Source: Chitinophaga pinensis (GTDB lineage Bacteria; Bacteroidota; Bacteroidia; SXHM01). Taken from it: 49,313 nucleotides of DNA. The stretch's first letter is position 1. Each line of letters begins with the position of its first letter. Below are positions 1 to 10,018 of the stretch, one piece after another. Location of the stretch: positions 1 to 49,313 of the forward strand of contig CAMAVO010000003.1 in NCBI GenBank assembly GCA_945861685.1, given 5' to 3'. Position numbers and translations under genes: made by a program. The notes below the pieces were generated by a model, which had not been told where the DNA came from, searched no databases, and saw only the letters and a program-made list of their open reading frames with translations.

Positions 1-3000
1 AAGCAACTACGCAATGCAAACAACATTCCGCAGGCGCAACCATATTATGTAATGGACGGAGAACATCGCATTACCATTGTGGGTAACCCCAACCTTGCCA
101 ACGTGCGCACCGCCATGATTGGTATCCGCAACCCGCCAAAGGCATCAAACCCGCATGCAGATGACGGCAAAGAAAAATGTGCAGAGATTTGGGTAAATGA
201 AATGCGCCTTACCGATTTCAATAACGAGAGCGGCTCGGCAGCGCGACTGCAGGCAAAAATTACGCTGGCTGATTTTGCAACCGTAAACATAGGAACAGGC
301 CTGCACACCTTCGGCTGGGGACAGGTACACGAAAAACTGAACCAGCGCAGCTGGACCGACAGTGTAGGTTACGACATTGCCACTACCGTTGCCCTCGACA
401 AATTTATTCCGCAAAAGATTGGCGTGAAGCTGCCGATGTTCTACAGTATTTCTGAATCATTTAGCAACCCGCACTATAACCCGCTGAACCCTGATATTGA
501 ATTGAAAAACGAAAACGACTCAACACGGAAAGCAGTAAAAGAAATTGCGCAGGGATATGTAAAACGGCAAAGTCTGAACTTCAGTAACGTGATGCGAACG
601 CGGGGCAAGGGCATTGGTTTCCCTACACCGATTGATATTTCTAATTTCTCGGCAACGTATGCCTATACCGAAATGGAAAGCCGCGACATTAATTACGAAC
701 TCAATAATGATAAGTCGCACCGCGGTTCATTAAACTATGCCTACAATCCTAACCCTAAGAACGTGCGCCCTTTTGCGAAACTGAAAATCATGAAAAAGAT
801 TTCGGACAGCATTATTGAACACAAAAAGAAAAAGGAGAAAGATGCCAAAGCCATTGTTGACAGTTTGAAGAAAGACAATAAAAAACCTTCGGCACTGAAA
901 GAAGCGGAAGACGAGTTGGCATTGCGCACCAGGAAAAAAGACCGCTTTGTAAAAGCATCGGACAGATACTTTAAGTCGGGCTACCTGAAACCGATAAAAG
1001 ATTTCAATTTCAATTACCTGCCCAGCAACTTTGGTGTGCGTAACGATGTGCTCCGCGATTATGCCGAACAGAAACTGCGCAACACCACCACCGATGATTT
1101 GATTATTGATGCTACGTACAACAAATCATTTCTGTGGAACCGATATTACACCTTTAAGTATGATTTGACCAAGGCACTTAAAATAGATTTCACCGCCACC
1201 AACAATGCCCGTATTGACGAGCCTCCCGGCAAGGTGGATAAAGATGACAAAGAAGAGTATGATTACTGGAAAGACAGTGTGTGGAACAACGTGCAGACCG
1301 GAGGAAGAACAGTTATGTATCAACATGCTACCAACGTTACCTATGCCTTGCCTATTAACAAGCTGCCAATTTTTGACTTTATAAACTCCAACGTAGGCTA
1401 CTCTTCTACCTATATGTGGAACGCTGCTTCGCTGGCAGCATTAAGTCTGGGTAACACCATCTCTAACTCCAACACCAAAACAGGAAATGTAAACCTGAAC
1501 TTTACACAGCTTTACAACAAGGTAAAATATTTTAAACGTGCAGGACAGCCGCAGTCGAACAAGCCCGCACCTAAGCCCAAGCCTAAAGATCCTAAGGCTC
1601 CGGTTCCCGATTCACTTAAAGCACCTAAAGACCCGCCTAAGGTTCTGGATGGTATTGGTATCACTTTTTCGCGTCTGTTGATTTCGGTTAAAAATGCTTC
1701 GTTCACCTACAACCAGACTAACGGAACGGTGCTGCCGGGCTATCGTCCGCAAACGGATTACATGGGTATGGACTGGGGTGACAGAATGGCTCCGGGCTGG
1801 GATTTTATTTTCGGAAGCCAGAACGATATACGCTACCGCGCAAGGGATAACAACTGGCTCAGCCAAAGTGATATTGTAAGCGGACAATACATTACCACCA
1901 AAGCTATTACCTGGAACGGAAGGGCTACGGTTGAACCTTTGCCTAACCTGAAGGTTGACCTGACCATGAATTACAGCGAAACCGAAAACCACAGCGAGTT
2001 TTTCCAGTGGATTGATACCTTGCAGGATTTTCGTTCCAACAGCCCTATGACCAATGGTAGCTACAGCGTTTCGTGGAACACCTTCGGTACTGCATTTGAG
2101 GGCAATGCAGATGATTATACTTCGGCAGCTTTTGAACAATTGCGTGCTAACCGCAAACCTATTGCCGACCGGATTGCAGCTATCAATGGTTCGCCCGGGG
2201 TAAACTCAGAAGGCTTCCCGATTGGCTATACCCAAACTTCGCAGGATGTTTTAATCCCTGCCTTCCTTGCTGCTTATTCTAAAACGGATGTCAATAAAAT
2301 AGGTTTGTCGCCCTTCCCGGCAATGCCTAAGGTAAACTGGAGCGCCAAGTATGACGGGTTGGGCAAACTTCCCTTCATGAAGAAAATATTCAAGTCCATT
2401 GTATTCAGTCATGCCTACCGTTCTACCTACGCTGTTTCGTCATGGATGACTAACCTTAACTACAACCCTGCCAACAACGGATTAGATTCGAGCCAGAATT
2501 TTATTCCGCAACGCACGATACAAACCATTACTATTTCAGAGCAATTCAGTCCCTTTATTGGGGTTGACATGACGTTTAACAACAGCCTGATTGCCAAATT
2601 TGAGTTGAAGAAAAGCCGCACGCTTTCATTAAGCATGGTAAACACACAGGTTACCGAAATAAAAAGCGAAGAGTGGGTGATGGGATTGGGCTACCGTTTC
2701 AAGAATGTGAAGTTCCCTATCAAGTTGGCTAAAGGCAAAAAGAAACCGGTTAGTGATGTAAACGTGCGTGTTGATTTAAGCATACGCGACAACCGAACCA
2801 TTATCCGCAAAATTGAGGACGATGTAAACCAGCCTACGGCAGGACAAAAACTGACCACCATTAAATTCTCGGCCGACTATGTGCTGAGCCCGCGCTTTAA
2901 CATTCGCGCTTTCTACGACCGGATTATCACCAAGCCGGTTATCTCCTCCTCCTTCCCTACCGACAATACCAATGCGGGGATAGCGTTGAGGTTTACGCTG

Positions 3001-3009
3001 GCGCAGTAA
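1..3009 (+). CDS. sprA: T9SS outer-membrane translocon SprA/Sov, 5'-truncated by the window edge
   Basis: Frame is open from base 1. Motifs GNPNLANVRTAMIGIRNP, EIWVNEMRL, SQDVLIPAFLAAY, ISEQFSPFIG and a beta-strand C-terminus are typical of SprA. Confidence 0.93.
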   Translation, partial: KQLRNANNIPQAQPYYVMDGEHRITIVGNPNLANVRTAMIGIRNPPKASNPHADDGKEKCAEIWVNEMRLTDFNNESGSAARLQAKITLADFATVNIGTGLHTFGWGQVHEKLNQRSWTDSVGYDIATTVALDKFIPQKIGVKLPMFYSISESFSNPHYNPLNPDIELKNENDSTRKAVKEIAQGYVKRQSLNFSNVMRTRGKGIGFPTPIDISNFSATYAYTEMESRDINYELNNDKSHRGSLNYAYNPNPKNVRPFAKLKIMKKISDSIIEHKKKKEKDAKAIVDSLKKDNKKPSALKEAEDELALRTRKKDRFVKASDRYFKSGYLKPIKDFNFNYLPSNFGVRNDVLRDYAEQKLRNTTTDDLIIDATYNKSFLWNRYYTFKYDLTKALKIDFTATNNARIDEPPGKVDKDDKEEYDYWKDSVWNNVQTGGRTVMYQHATNVTYALPINKLPIFDFINSNVGYSSTYMWNAASLAALSLGNTISNSNTKTGNVNLNFTQLYNKVKYFKRAGQPQSNKPAPKPKPKDPKAPVPDSLKAPKDPPKVLDGIGITFSRLLISVKNASFTYNQTNGTVLPGYRPQTDYMGMDWGDRMAPGWDFIFGSQNDIRYRARDNNWLSQSDIVSGQYITTKAITWNGRATVEPLPNLKVDLTMNYSETENHSEFFQWIDTLQDFRSNSPMTNGSYSVSWNTFGTAFEGNADDYTSAAFEQLRANRKPIADRIAAINGSPGVNSEGFPIGYTQTSQDVLIPAFLAAYSKTDVNKIGLSPFPAMPKVNWSAKYDGLGKLPFMKKIFKSIVFSHAYRSTYAVSSWMTNLNYNPANNGLDSSQNFIPQRTIQTITISEQFSPFIGVDMTFNNSLIAKFELKKSRTLSLSMVNTQVTEIKSEEWVMGLGYRFKNVKFPIKLAKGKKKPVSDVNVRVDLSIRDNRTIIRKIEDDVNQPTAGQKLTTIKFSADYVLSPRFNIRAFYDRIITKPVISSSFPTDNTNAGIALRFTLAQ

Positions 3010-3011
3010 AA

Positions 3012-3105
3012 GACCACCACTGACAAGGAAGGCATCATCGCTGACAAGGTGAGCAGAACCATCACTAATAAAGCTAGAAAGTATCTATACCCTTACCCTT
3101 ATCAG
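3012..3105. repeat. Short remnant of a 21-bp-period repeat with one inverted copy
   Basis: CTGACAAGG at 3020 and 3041 (21 bp apart), degenerate CTAATAAAG at 3065, inverted CCTTATCAG at 3097-3105. Confidence 0.5.
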
Positions 3106-3120
3106 AGCTACATTCATCGC

Positions 3121-3636
3121 TTAGTCTTTAAACCAACCCGAATACATCACATAGTTTTCGGCAATGCCTTTAATAAGAGTTGCGGTTTGTTCGGCATTTA
3201 AGGTCTTTACCTTTTTGGCGGGAACACCGGCATAGATGCAGCCGCTCTCCACATGTGTGTTTTCCAGAACCACCGCACCGGCAGCTATGATGCTGTTTTC
3301 TTCCACCACCACATTGTCCATAACAATGGCTCCCATGCCAATCAGCACATTGTCTTTTACCGTGCAGCCATGCACCAGCGCATTGTGCCCGATGGATACA
3401 TTATTGCCGATGGTAGTTGCTGCTTTTTTATAAGTGCAATGGATTACAGCACCGTCCTGCACATTCACCCGATTGCCCATGCGGATGTAATGCACATCAC
3501 CGCGCACCACGGCATTAAACCACACACTGCATTCGTCACCCATTACCACATCGCCTACCACGGTTGCGTTTTCGGCTAAGTAGCAGTTGTTGCCAAACTT
3601 GGGTTCAATTCCTTTTACAGGTTTTATAAGTGCCAT
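3121..3636 (-). CDS. Gamma-carbonic anhydrase-like (YrdA/PaaY family) hexapeptide-repeat protein
   Basis: VWFNAVVRGDV, NVQDGAVIH, IGHNALVHGC and GVPAK motifs. Confidence 0.92.
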   Translation of the reverse strand: MALIKPVKGIEPKFGNNCYLAENATVVGDVVMGDECSVWFNAVVRGDVHYIRMGNRVNVQDGAVIHCTYKKAATTIGNNVSIGHNALVHGCTVKDNVLIGMGAIVMDNVVVEENSIIAAGAVVLENTHVESGCIYAGVPAKKVKTLNAEQTATLIKGIAENYVMYSGWFKD

Positions 3637-3668
3637 AATTTCTTTCTAATATTCAGTTGTTGTGTTAG

Positions 3669-3716
3669 CCCTCTGCTCCCCTCTCCCTCGGAGAGGGGAG
3701 CAGAGGGTGAGGCTTT
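3669..3716. repeat. REP-like palindrome, CCCTCTCC/GGAGAGGG...GGGTGAGG type
   Basis: Perfect 18-bp stem (3669-3686 with 3690-3707), 3-nt loop, ending GGGTGAGGCTTT. A related copy is at 48247. Confidence 0.8.
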
Positions 3717-5067
3717 AAGTAAAAATCCAGCCGTCATTCAAATAGCAGTTCAGCATAAAAACATTCCACACAATATTAAAGAGCAGCACCACAGCAAAAA
3801 CAATTTTGCTCAACACATTTTTATACGGCTGAAAATAAAACAGGAAAACAAAATTCAGAAATACCAGCAACAATCCCATGCTGTAAAATTCCCACTCACC
3901 CAAAAAAGAAGAAAATGAATAGGTGAATAAAGCGGGTAAAAATGTAAACACAAACAGTGCAAGTTTTTGGTTTGATTCTAATTTTAAGAACCGTTCAAAG
4001 CTCAAGACACAGAAAGCAAAAAAGAAAGGCGTACATAATACATAACGAAACAACCCGTGCAGATTTCCACCCTGAAAAAGCAGAATAAAAAAAGTTGCGC
4101 CCAGCAAATAAAATACAGAGAAATTAAAAAGCTCATCGCGTTTGTTCAGTGTTGCGTTTTTCACAAAAACATTTTTAACCAGCAGGTAAATCATGAGCGG
4201 CACCAGCAGAAAAAGCGAAGCAATGTTTAAACCAAAACCTTCCTGCGACCAGTCGCGCAGGTTATGCGGCACCTGCAGTTTGTGATCCCAGTATTTGTTT
4301 ACATGGTAGAAATGGAAAAACTGCGAAGGGTCGTAATAATATTGAACCGCGCTAATTATTAATGTGCCAATTATCATTGGCAAAACATTCAGCACAATCT
4401 TTTTCGGTAGTGAATAATATTCTTTGGTGGTAACAAACATGTAAACATCTTTGCTCACAACGGCAGCGCCTATTATCAGTGCAGCAGGGCGTGTCATAGA
4501 ACACAACAACATACCTGTAAAGTAAAGCAGGTATTTCTCTTTTATCATGCCGTAAAACGCCAGACACATCGTAAAAAAGAAAACCGATTCGGTATAAGGA
4601 ATAAAAAAACAAACAGCGCCTGGAAGCGAGAGCAGAGTGATGTACTTCAGCAGATTTTCTTTGTTGTCCAACGAAATATCAAGCGCTTTAAAAAGCAATA
4701 TCAACCCTGAAATAAACAGCAGAAAATTTAAAATGCTGATACCGATGTTGGATAATCCTGTTACCTCCCAAATAAGCGGAAACAAAGGGAAGAATGCGAA
4801 AATATAATCGCCAACTTTGTTTTGGTCGTAATGATTATCACGGATAAAACGATAATGAACGGCATCCCAACGGATGAGGTTTTCGTTGGTTACTTTTTCA
4901 AACGCTTTGTCGGGAGCAGTTATTTCACCATTCACCTTTTGTATCTGGCGAATGTGTTTGCCGATTGTTTTGTCGTAAACCGTTTTATTCTGAAAAAGAA
5001 TATTTGCACCCCAGGCAAGAAGCAGCACCAAAACTCCGAGGGCAAAAGGTTTCAGAAATGAACCCAT
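3715..5067 (-). CDS. Polytopic GT-C glycosyltransferase (PIG-V-like mannosyltransferase family)
   Basis: Many TM segments; RWDAVHY, AFFPLFP and YTES motifs; next to GT2 genes. Confidence 0.72.
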   Translation of the reverse strand: MGSFLKPFALGVLVLLLAWGANILFQNKTVYDKTIGKHIRQIQKVNGEITAPDKAFEKVTNENLIRWDAVHYRFIRDNHYDQNKVGDYIFAFFPLFPLIWEVTGLSNIGISILNFLLFISGLILLFKALDISLDNKENLLKYITLLSLPGAVCFFIPYTESVFFFTMCLAFYGMIKEKYLLYFTGMLLCSMTRPAALIIGAAVVSKDVYMFVTTKEYYSLPKKIVLNVLPMIIGTLIISAVQYYYDPSQFFHFYHVNKYWDHKLQVPHNLRDWSQEGFGLNIASLFLLVPLMIYLLVKNVFVKNATLNKRDELFNFSVFYLLGATFFILLFQGGNLHGLFRYVLCTPFFFAFCVLSFERFLKLESNQKLALFVFTFLPALFTYSFSSFLGEWEFYSMGLLLVFLNFVFLFYFQPYKNVLSKIVFAVVLLFNIVWNVFMLNCYLNDGWIFT

Positions 5068-5070
5068 TAT

Positions 5071-5796
5071 TTATTTTGCGTTGAATAACCCATATTTCAG
5101 AATGCAATAGATAGCGCGGAAGCCATCTTTCCAGCCTATTTTTTTCCCTTCTTCGTAGGTGCGGCCGTAGTAGGAAATTCCCACTTCATAAATCCGGATG
5201 TTTTTTATGCGTGCAATTTTTGCAGTTACCTCCGGCTCAAATCCAAAACGGTTCTCCACTAAGTTAAGGCTCTTTACCATTTTGCTGTCAAACAGTTTGT
5301 AGCACGTTTCCATGTCGGTAAGGTTAAGGTTGGTGAACATATTAGACATGAATGTCAGAATATTATTTCCGATGGAATGCCAGAAAAATAAAATGCGGTG
5401 AGGATTTCCACCCATAAAGCGTGAGCCGTAAACCACATCAGCAAAGCCATCAACTATAGGTTGCAACAGCAAATTAAACTCCTGAGGATTGTATTCCAAA
5501 TCGGCATCCTGCACAATCAAATAATCTCCGGTTGCAAGCTGAATTCCTTTGTGAATGGCAGCGCCTTTTCCCCGATTAATTTCCTGATTATATAGTTGAA
5601 TATTTAGTTCAGGATGTGCCGTACTATATTTCTCCAATGCAGTTTTTGTGTCGTCTGTTGAGCAATCATTCACTATAATTATTTCTTTTTCAAAACCACC
5701 AATCAGTTGCACGGCATTTACTTTATCCAAAATAAGATGAATAGTTCGCGCTTCATTGTATGCTGGAATAATAATGGAAAGTTTTTTAGCGCACAT
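5071..5796 (-). CDS. GT2 glycosyltransferase (polyprenol-phosphate sugar synthase, DPM1-like)
   Basis: [33 protein letters not shown] and RFGFEPE motifs. Confidence 0.9.
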   Translation of the reverse strand: MCAKKLSIIIPAYNEARTIHLILDKVNAVQLIGGFEKEIIIVNDCSTDDTKTALEKYSTAHPELNIQLYNQEINRGKGAAIHKGIQLATGDYLIVQDADLEYNPQEFNLLLQPIVDGFADVVYGSRFMGGNPHRILFFWHSIGNNILTFMSNMFTNLNLTDMETCYKLFDSKMVKSLNLVENRFGFEPEVTAKIARIKNIRIYEVGISYYGRTYEEGKKIGWKDGFRAIYCILKYGLFNAK

Positions 5797-5800
5797 CAGC

Positions 5801-6730
5801 TTAATCTATGTTTGTGTTTTTAATAATGTAAAGCGGACGGTTACGAATGTTGGCGCTCATGCGGCTGATGTATTCACCAATGATGCCGATGGAGATTAAT
5901 TGTATTCCACCTATAAAAGTAATGGCAAGCATCAGCGATGTCCAGCCGGGTTCATAAACCTTTAAAATGTAGCGCGAATACAGCGCATACAAAATCATCA
6001 GAAAAGAAAAACCTGAAACAACAAAACCTGCACCTGAAGCAAACTTCAATGGAAAATTGGAGAACGATGTTATTCCATCCAACGCAAAACGAATCATTTT
6101 GCTGTAAGTATATCCCGTTTCTCCTGATTGCCTTTCGTCACGGTCATACTCTACAAATGTTTGCTCAAAACCCACCCACGAAATTTGTCCGCGCAGAAAT
6201 TTTTCTTTCTCGGGCATACTCTTTACAATATCAGCTACCTGTTTGCTCATAATCCTGAAATCACCGGTATCAACAGGAATAGAAACCGAAGTAATACTGC
6301 CAAGAATGCGATAAAACATTCCGGCTGTAAATTTTTTCAGGAAGCTTTCTCCTTTACGTGCTCTGCGTTTTGCATACACCACATCAAAACCATTTTGCAT
6401 TTTATTGAACATCTCAATAATCAGTTCAGGCGGGTCTTGCAGGTCAGCATCAATAATTACAATTGCATCTCCTGATGCCTTATCTAATCCTGCACTCACA
6501 GCCACCTGGTGACCAAAATTGCGGCTGAAATCAATGTATTTTACAAATGTGTTTTTTGCTGCCAAGGCTTTTATCAGCGCAATTGAATTATCACGACTGC
6601 CGTCATTCACAAAAAGAAATTCGGGCTCCACATCCATTTTAGAAACTACCGAATTAAGGCGTTCAAAAAGTGCAGGAATATTTCCTTCTTCGTTGTAAAT
6701 GGGAATAATTACGGAGAGTTTTTTTTTCAT
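5801..6730 (-). CDS. GT2 bactoprenol glycosyltransferase (GtrB/YkoT-like) with two C-terminal TM helices
   Basis: [28 protein letters not shown] and RPLYII motifs. Confidence 0.9.
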   Translation of the reverse strand: MKKKLSVIIPIYNEEGNIPALFERLNSVVSKMDVEPEFLFVNDGSRDNSIALIKALAAKNTFVKYIDFSRNFGHQVAVSAGLDKASGDAIVIIDADLQDPPELIIEMFNKMQNGFDVVYAKRRARKGESFLKKFTAGMFYRILGSITSVSIPVDTGDFRIMSKQVADIVKSMPEKEKFLRGQISWVGFEQTFVEYDRDERQSGETGYTYSKMIRFALDGITSFSNFPLKFASGAGFVVSGFSFLMILYALYSRYILKVYEPGWTSLMLAITFIGGIQLISIGIIGEYISRMSANIRNRPLYIIKNTNID

Positions 6731-6736
6731 TACAAT

Positions 6737-7396
6737 TTAGTCCAAAATCATTTCAGGAATTTCACCATCCACAATTAATTTACCGGCTGTTGCATTTTGA
6801 ATGTGTTCAACTGAAATACCGGGAGCACGCTCCAGCAGCTTAAATCCACCTTCGGGCAACACATCTAACACGCCCAATTCCGTTACAATTTTTTTCACGC
6901 AGCGCAAACCTGTAATTGGTAAAGTGCATGAAGGTAACAGTTTTGATTCGCCTGCTTTATTTACATGCTGCATCGCCACAATTATATTTTTTGCCGAGGC
7001 AACTAAGTCCATTGCGCCACCCATGCCTTTCACCATTTTACCTGGAATTTTCCAGTTTGCAATATCACCATTTTCACTCACTTCCATGGCACCCAAAATA
7101 GTCAGGTTTACTTTCTGTGCGCGTATCATTCCAAAACTTAAAGCCGAGTCAAAAATTGCTGCACCCGGCAAAAGTGTTACTGTTTGTTTTCCTGCATTTA
7201 TCAAATCCGCATCTTCATCGCCTTCAAAAGGAAATGGTCCCATGCCCAGAATTCCGTTTTCACTTTGCAATACCACGTTCACTCCTTTGGGAATATAGTT
7301 AGCACAAAGGGTAGGAATACCAATGCCAAGGTTTACATAATATCCGTCTTTAATTTCTTTCGCAATGCGTTTTGCGATTCCGTTTTTGTCTAACAC
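6737..7396 (-). CDS. scoB: 3-oxoacid CoA-transferase subunit B; likely GTG start at 7396
   Basis: VNLGIGIPT, active-site QSENG, GMGGAMDLV. A -7 box at 7414-7421 supports the shorter start. Confidence 0.9.
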   Translation of the reverse strand: MLDKNGIAKRIAKEIKDGYYVNLGIGIPTLCANYIPKGVNVVLQSENGILGMGPFPFEGDEDADLINAGKQTVTLLPGAAIFDSALSFGMIRAQKVNLTILGAMEVSENGDIANWKIPGKMVKGMGGAMDLVASAKNIIVAMQHVNKAGESKLLPSCTLPITGLRCVKKIVTELGVLDVLPEGGFKLLERAPGISVEHIQNATAGKLIVDGEIPEMILD

Positions 7397-7413
7397 GATT
7401 AATGATTTTGCTG

Positions 7414-7421
7414 CAAATATA
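7414..7421 (-). promoter_or_regulatory. Bacteroidota sigma70 -7 element (TATATTTG) upstream of scoB
   Basis: Matches TAnnTTTG just upstream of the start codon. Confidence 0.6.
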
Positions 7422-7468
7422 AAGTTTGTCGCTTCATTACTAAATCTTTGCGTTCTTTGCTGAATTCT

Positions 7469-9298
7469 ATGCAATCATCATTAACATTAAACCGGAATGA
7501 GCGATGGGTCTATATCATCCTGTTTCTCTTTCTCTGGATATACTTGTGGCTTCGTGCTGCACTGATTCCATTTTCGCATGACGAGATAGCAACCTTTTTT
7601 CATTACATCCATTCCGAGCGCTTTATTCCGTTTGTGAATATGCATTGGTATGCCAACAACCATTTGCTGAATACGGTTCTGGCATTTTGCTTTTACAAAC
7701 TGTTCGGAGTTAGTGAGTTGATTTTACGTTTGCCTAACCTTTTATTTTTCCCTGTTTTTTTCTTTTTTGTTTACAAACTTTCACAGGAAATAAAAAACCT
7801 GATTTGGCGTTGGTTGTTTGTTATTGTCTTGTGCTTTGCGCATTATTTTATTGAATTTTTTGCCTTGTGCCGCGGCTATGGAATAGCAATGGCTTCGCTG
7901 GTTGCTTCAGTGTATTTTCTGATGCAGGCTATAAAAACAAATGAAACAAGGAATTATTTGTATTGCCTTTTGTTTGCTACAATGGCGAGTATGGCGAATC
8001 TTACTTTGATCAATTCCAATGCGCTGATTATTTTTTTGCTGGGAATGAATTTGCTCTTGCAATTTAAAAACACAGCCTGGAAAAATATAATTCTTAAGTC
8101 ACTTGTTATTCTTTTTACGGGCATAATTCCTCTTGGCTTGCTTGCGCGTTTTGCCATGGAATTACAGATACGCGGATTGCTGGATGTTGGCACTCACGAT
8201 GGTTTCTGGCAGGTAACGATAAAATCAAACACCCTGGTTTTTACCAATTCAGATAACCTGCTGATTGGTTATTATGTGATTTTTTTCTTTGCAGTAATCT
8301 GCCTGTTTTTTGTTTTACTTTTTCTGAAAGACAAGAGCCTGAAATTTTTTCATAATTCACGTTTTGTATTTTTATATTTGCTGCTGGGAAATCTTTTTAT
8401 CACACTTTTTCTTGGTAATTTTTTCAACGTAAATTATCCCGAAGACCGTGCTGCCATGTATTTTTTTCCTTTGCTGGTGGGCAGCTTTTGTTTCCTTGCA
8501 GATGATGTTTCAGGATTTATTAACAGTAAAATAAGTGCTGTGATTGCAGCGCCTGCGCTGCTACTTACTGTTCACTTTTTTCTGAATATAAATGTTTCGT
8601 ATGCTTCGTTTTGGAAAAATCTGCGGATACCTTACCGTTTTCACGACAAGGTGAAGGAATATGTGATTCCGGGTCAACCTCCACCAACTGTTGCCGGTTA
8701 TAAAATGCGGGGCTATGCCTGGAATTTTATCAATTTCAGGAGGGGCAATATTTTATCGCAGATACATTATGAAGGTTATCCGGATGTAAATGCCGATTTT
8801 CAATTGGCACTCATGGAACACCGTAGCGACTGGCTGCAATACTACGACTCGCTGGATTATGATAAGTACTCTGAGATATGGCTATTGAAAAGGAAAACCG
8901 CACCTGTTTTAAGTTTGGTTGCTGATAGAAGCGGACTTGCAACCGGTGAAAATTACACGAATGAGTTTTGGAATCTTTATGAAGGAACGGTTGATTCGCT
9001 GGCCGGAAAAACGCTTATCATTAATTATGATTTATCATTGCTGGCGTATGAAAATCCATTTACAGCGCAGGTGATTGCTGCCGTCAGCGACAAAGACAAT
9101 AAATCGTTGCGTTATGAGTGGCTGCAATTTGATTTTTTGCAAAGCGAGTACAACGGTGAGCCACACAATTTTGTGAAAAACTCAATTATTCACAACCTGC
9201 CTGCTGAAGCGCACAGCTTAGTGATTTATGTCTGGAATATTCGCAGCAAGCCTTATTCTATAAAGGATGCACGTTGCAGAATAGAAACAATGAAGTAG
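7469..9298 (+). CDS. Polytopic GT-C-like (ArnT/PMT-type) membrane glycosyltransferase with soluble C-terminal domain
   Basis: HDE motif after TM1; NNHLLNT, LRLPNL and RGYG motifs; multiple TM segments. ATG start chosen at 7469. Confidence 0.65.
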   Translation: MQSSLTLNRNERWVYIILFLFLWIYLWLRAALIPFSHDEIATFFHYIHSERFIPFVNMHWYANNHLLNTVLAFCFYKLFGVSELILRLPNLLFFPVFFFFVYKLSQEIKNLIWRWLFVIVLCFAHYFIEFFALCRGYGIAMASLVASVYFLMQAIKTNETRNYLYCLLFATMASMANLTLINSNALIIFLLGMNLLLQFKNTAWKNIILKSLVILFTGIIPLGLLARFAMELQIRGLLDVGTHDGFWQVTIKSNTLVFTNSDNLLIGYYVIFFFAVICLFFVLLFLKDKSLKFFHNSRFVFLYLLLGNLFITLFLGNFFNVNYPEDRAAMYFFPLLVGSFCFLADDVSGFINSKISAVIAAPALLLTVHFFLNINVSYASFWKNLRIPYRFHDKVKEYVIPGQPPPTVAGYKMRGYAWNFINFRRGNILSQIHYEGYPDVNADFQLALMEHRSDWLQYYDSLDYDKYSEIWLLKRKTAPVLSLVADRSGLATGENYTNEFWNLYEGTVDSLAGKTLIINYDLSLLAYENPFTAQVIAAVSDKDNKSLRYEWLQFDFLQSEYNGEPHNFVKNSIIHNLPAEAHSLVIYVWNIRSKPYSIKDARCRIETMK

Positions 9299-9301
9299 TA
9301 G

Positions 9302-10012
9302 TTAACTTCTTTTTCTTACGGTTCTTTGCTCTATTCTCTTCTCGTATTTCTCACCCTGGAAAATGCGTGTAACGTAAATTCCAGGCAAATGAATTTCCTG
9401 AGGATTCAGTTCTCCAGGTTGCACTAACTCTTCCACTTCTGCAATGGTAATTTTTCCTGCCATGGCAACAAGAGGAGAAAAATTTCGTGCAGTCATTCTG
9501 AAAATTAAATTTCCATGCGTATCACCTTTCCATGCTTTTACAATGGCGAAATCAGGTTCAAATGCATATTCCATTAGGTAATCTTTTTCCTCACCGTTGA
9601 ATTTGAATCTGCGCACTTCTTTTCCTTCAGCCACTTCAGTTCCAACTCCTGCAGGTGTAAAAATTGCAGGCATTCCATAACCACCGGCCATGAGGCGTGT
9701 TGCCAATGTTCCCTGCGGAATTAAATCCACTTCCAGTTCACCGCTCAGCATCTGGCGTTCAAACTCTGCATTCTCGCCCACATAAGACGAGATCATTTTT
9801 TTAATCAGTTTTTTTTGCAGCAATAATCCTAACCCAAAATCATCAACTCCCGCATTGTTAGAAATGCAGGTTAGATTTTTCTTTCCCTTCTTAACCAAAG
9901 CTGCAATGCTATTCTCAGGAATTCCGCACAAACCGAAACCGCCCAGTGCAAGCGTCATTCCATCTTCAAGTCCTGCAAGTGCTTCGTCAGCATTTTTTAC
10001 TGTCTTGTTCAT
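9302..10012 (-). CDS. scoA: 3-oxoacid CoA-transferase subunit A
   Basis: [29 protein letters not shown] and IHLPGIYV motifs. Confidence 0.93.
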   Translation of the reverse strand: MNKTVKNADEALAGLEDGMTLALGGFGLCGIPENSIAALVKKGKKNLTCISNNAGVDDFGLGLLLQKKLIKKMISSYVGENAEFERQMLSGELEVDLIPQGTLATRLMAGGYGMPAIFTPAGVGTEVAEGKEVRRFKFNGEEKDYLMEYAFEPDFAIVKAWKGDTHGNLIFRMTARNFSPLVAMAGKITIAEVEELVQPGELNPQEIHLPGIYVTRIFQGEKYEKRIEQRTVRKRS

Positions 10013-10018
10013 TGTATC

